Shown piece by piece: positions 63,978 through 64,000 of a stretch of 64,000 bases of DNA. The stretch covers positions 656-64,655 of the forward strand of contig JAOPTT010000006.1 of the NCBI GenBank assembly GCA_051531975.1. The letters are read 5' to 3'. The translations under genes were made by a program, and so were the position numbers. The DNA is from Spirochaetaceae bacterium. GTDB taxonomy: Bacteria; Spirochaetota; Spirochaetia; DSM-2461. The notes beneath the pieces were generated by a model, which saw only the letters and a list, made by a program, of their open reading frames with translations, was not told where the DNA came from and made no database searches. The number at the start of each line of letters is the position of its first letter. Position 1 is the stretch's first letter.

Positions 63978-64000
63978 TAGTTTAACAGGTAAAATTACAG
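63970..64000 (+). CDS. ruvA: 5' fragment of RuvA (runs off the window)
   Basis: MYNSLTGKIT after GAGGG, overlapping the ruvC end; conserved yebC-ruvC-ruvA order. Confidence 0.7.
   Translation, partial: MYNSLTGKIT

Noticed and set aside
1..64000. rRNA, tRNA, IS/transposase, integrase, prophage or defence genes
   Set aside because: No recognisable motifs; the window is almost fully tiled by assignable CDSs with short AT-rich spacers.

Overview
AT-rich bacterial chromosomal window, tentatively a free-living spirochaete (a guess from overall gene style and the yebC-ruvC-ruvA end). No rRNA, tRNA, CRISPR or mobile element was seen. From left to right it holds: (1) a tightly coupled CotH-kinase lipoprotein / DUF4956 / VTC-domain / GH1 beta-glucosidase operon; (2) PHP, small-molecule kinase, inositol-monophosphatase-family, NUDIX and solute-binding genes; (3) a ~43 kb chemosensory region with six full MCPs, four cheW, two paralogous STAS-cheA-cheR-cheB-cheY clusters, cheD, two atypical MCP-like proteins, four sensor kinases and an NtrC-type sigma54 activator, interrupted by ECF/anti-sigma/YbjQ, gpx and a DEAD-box helicase; (4) argE-like, Lrp-gcvT-H-PA-PB, PHP, two class III cyclase genes, then yebC-ruvC-ruvA. 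Four observations stand out. The two cyclase genes have complementary catalytic losses, suggesting an obligate heterodimer. Five sigma54 promoters occur, four with a shared 21-bp-phased triple GCA-N8-TGC array. Two MCP-like proteins beside cheY carry a CheZ-type DxxxQ motif. The CotH/DUF4956/VTC module may be a polyphosphate-linked export system. All family calls come from motif recognition by eye; no searches were run.
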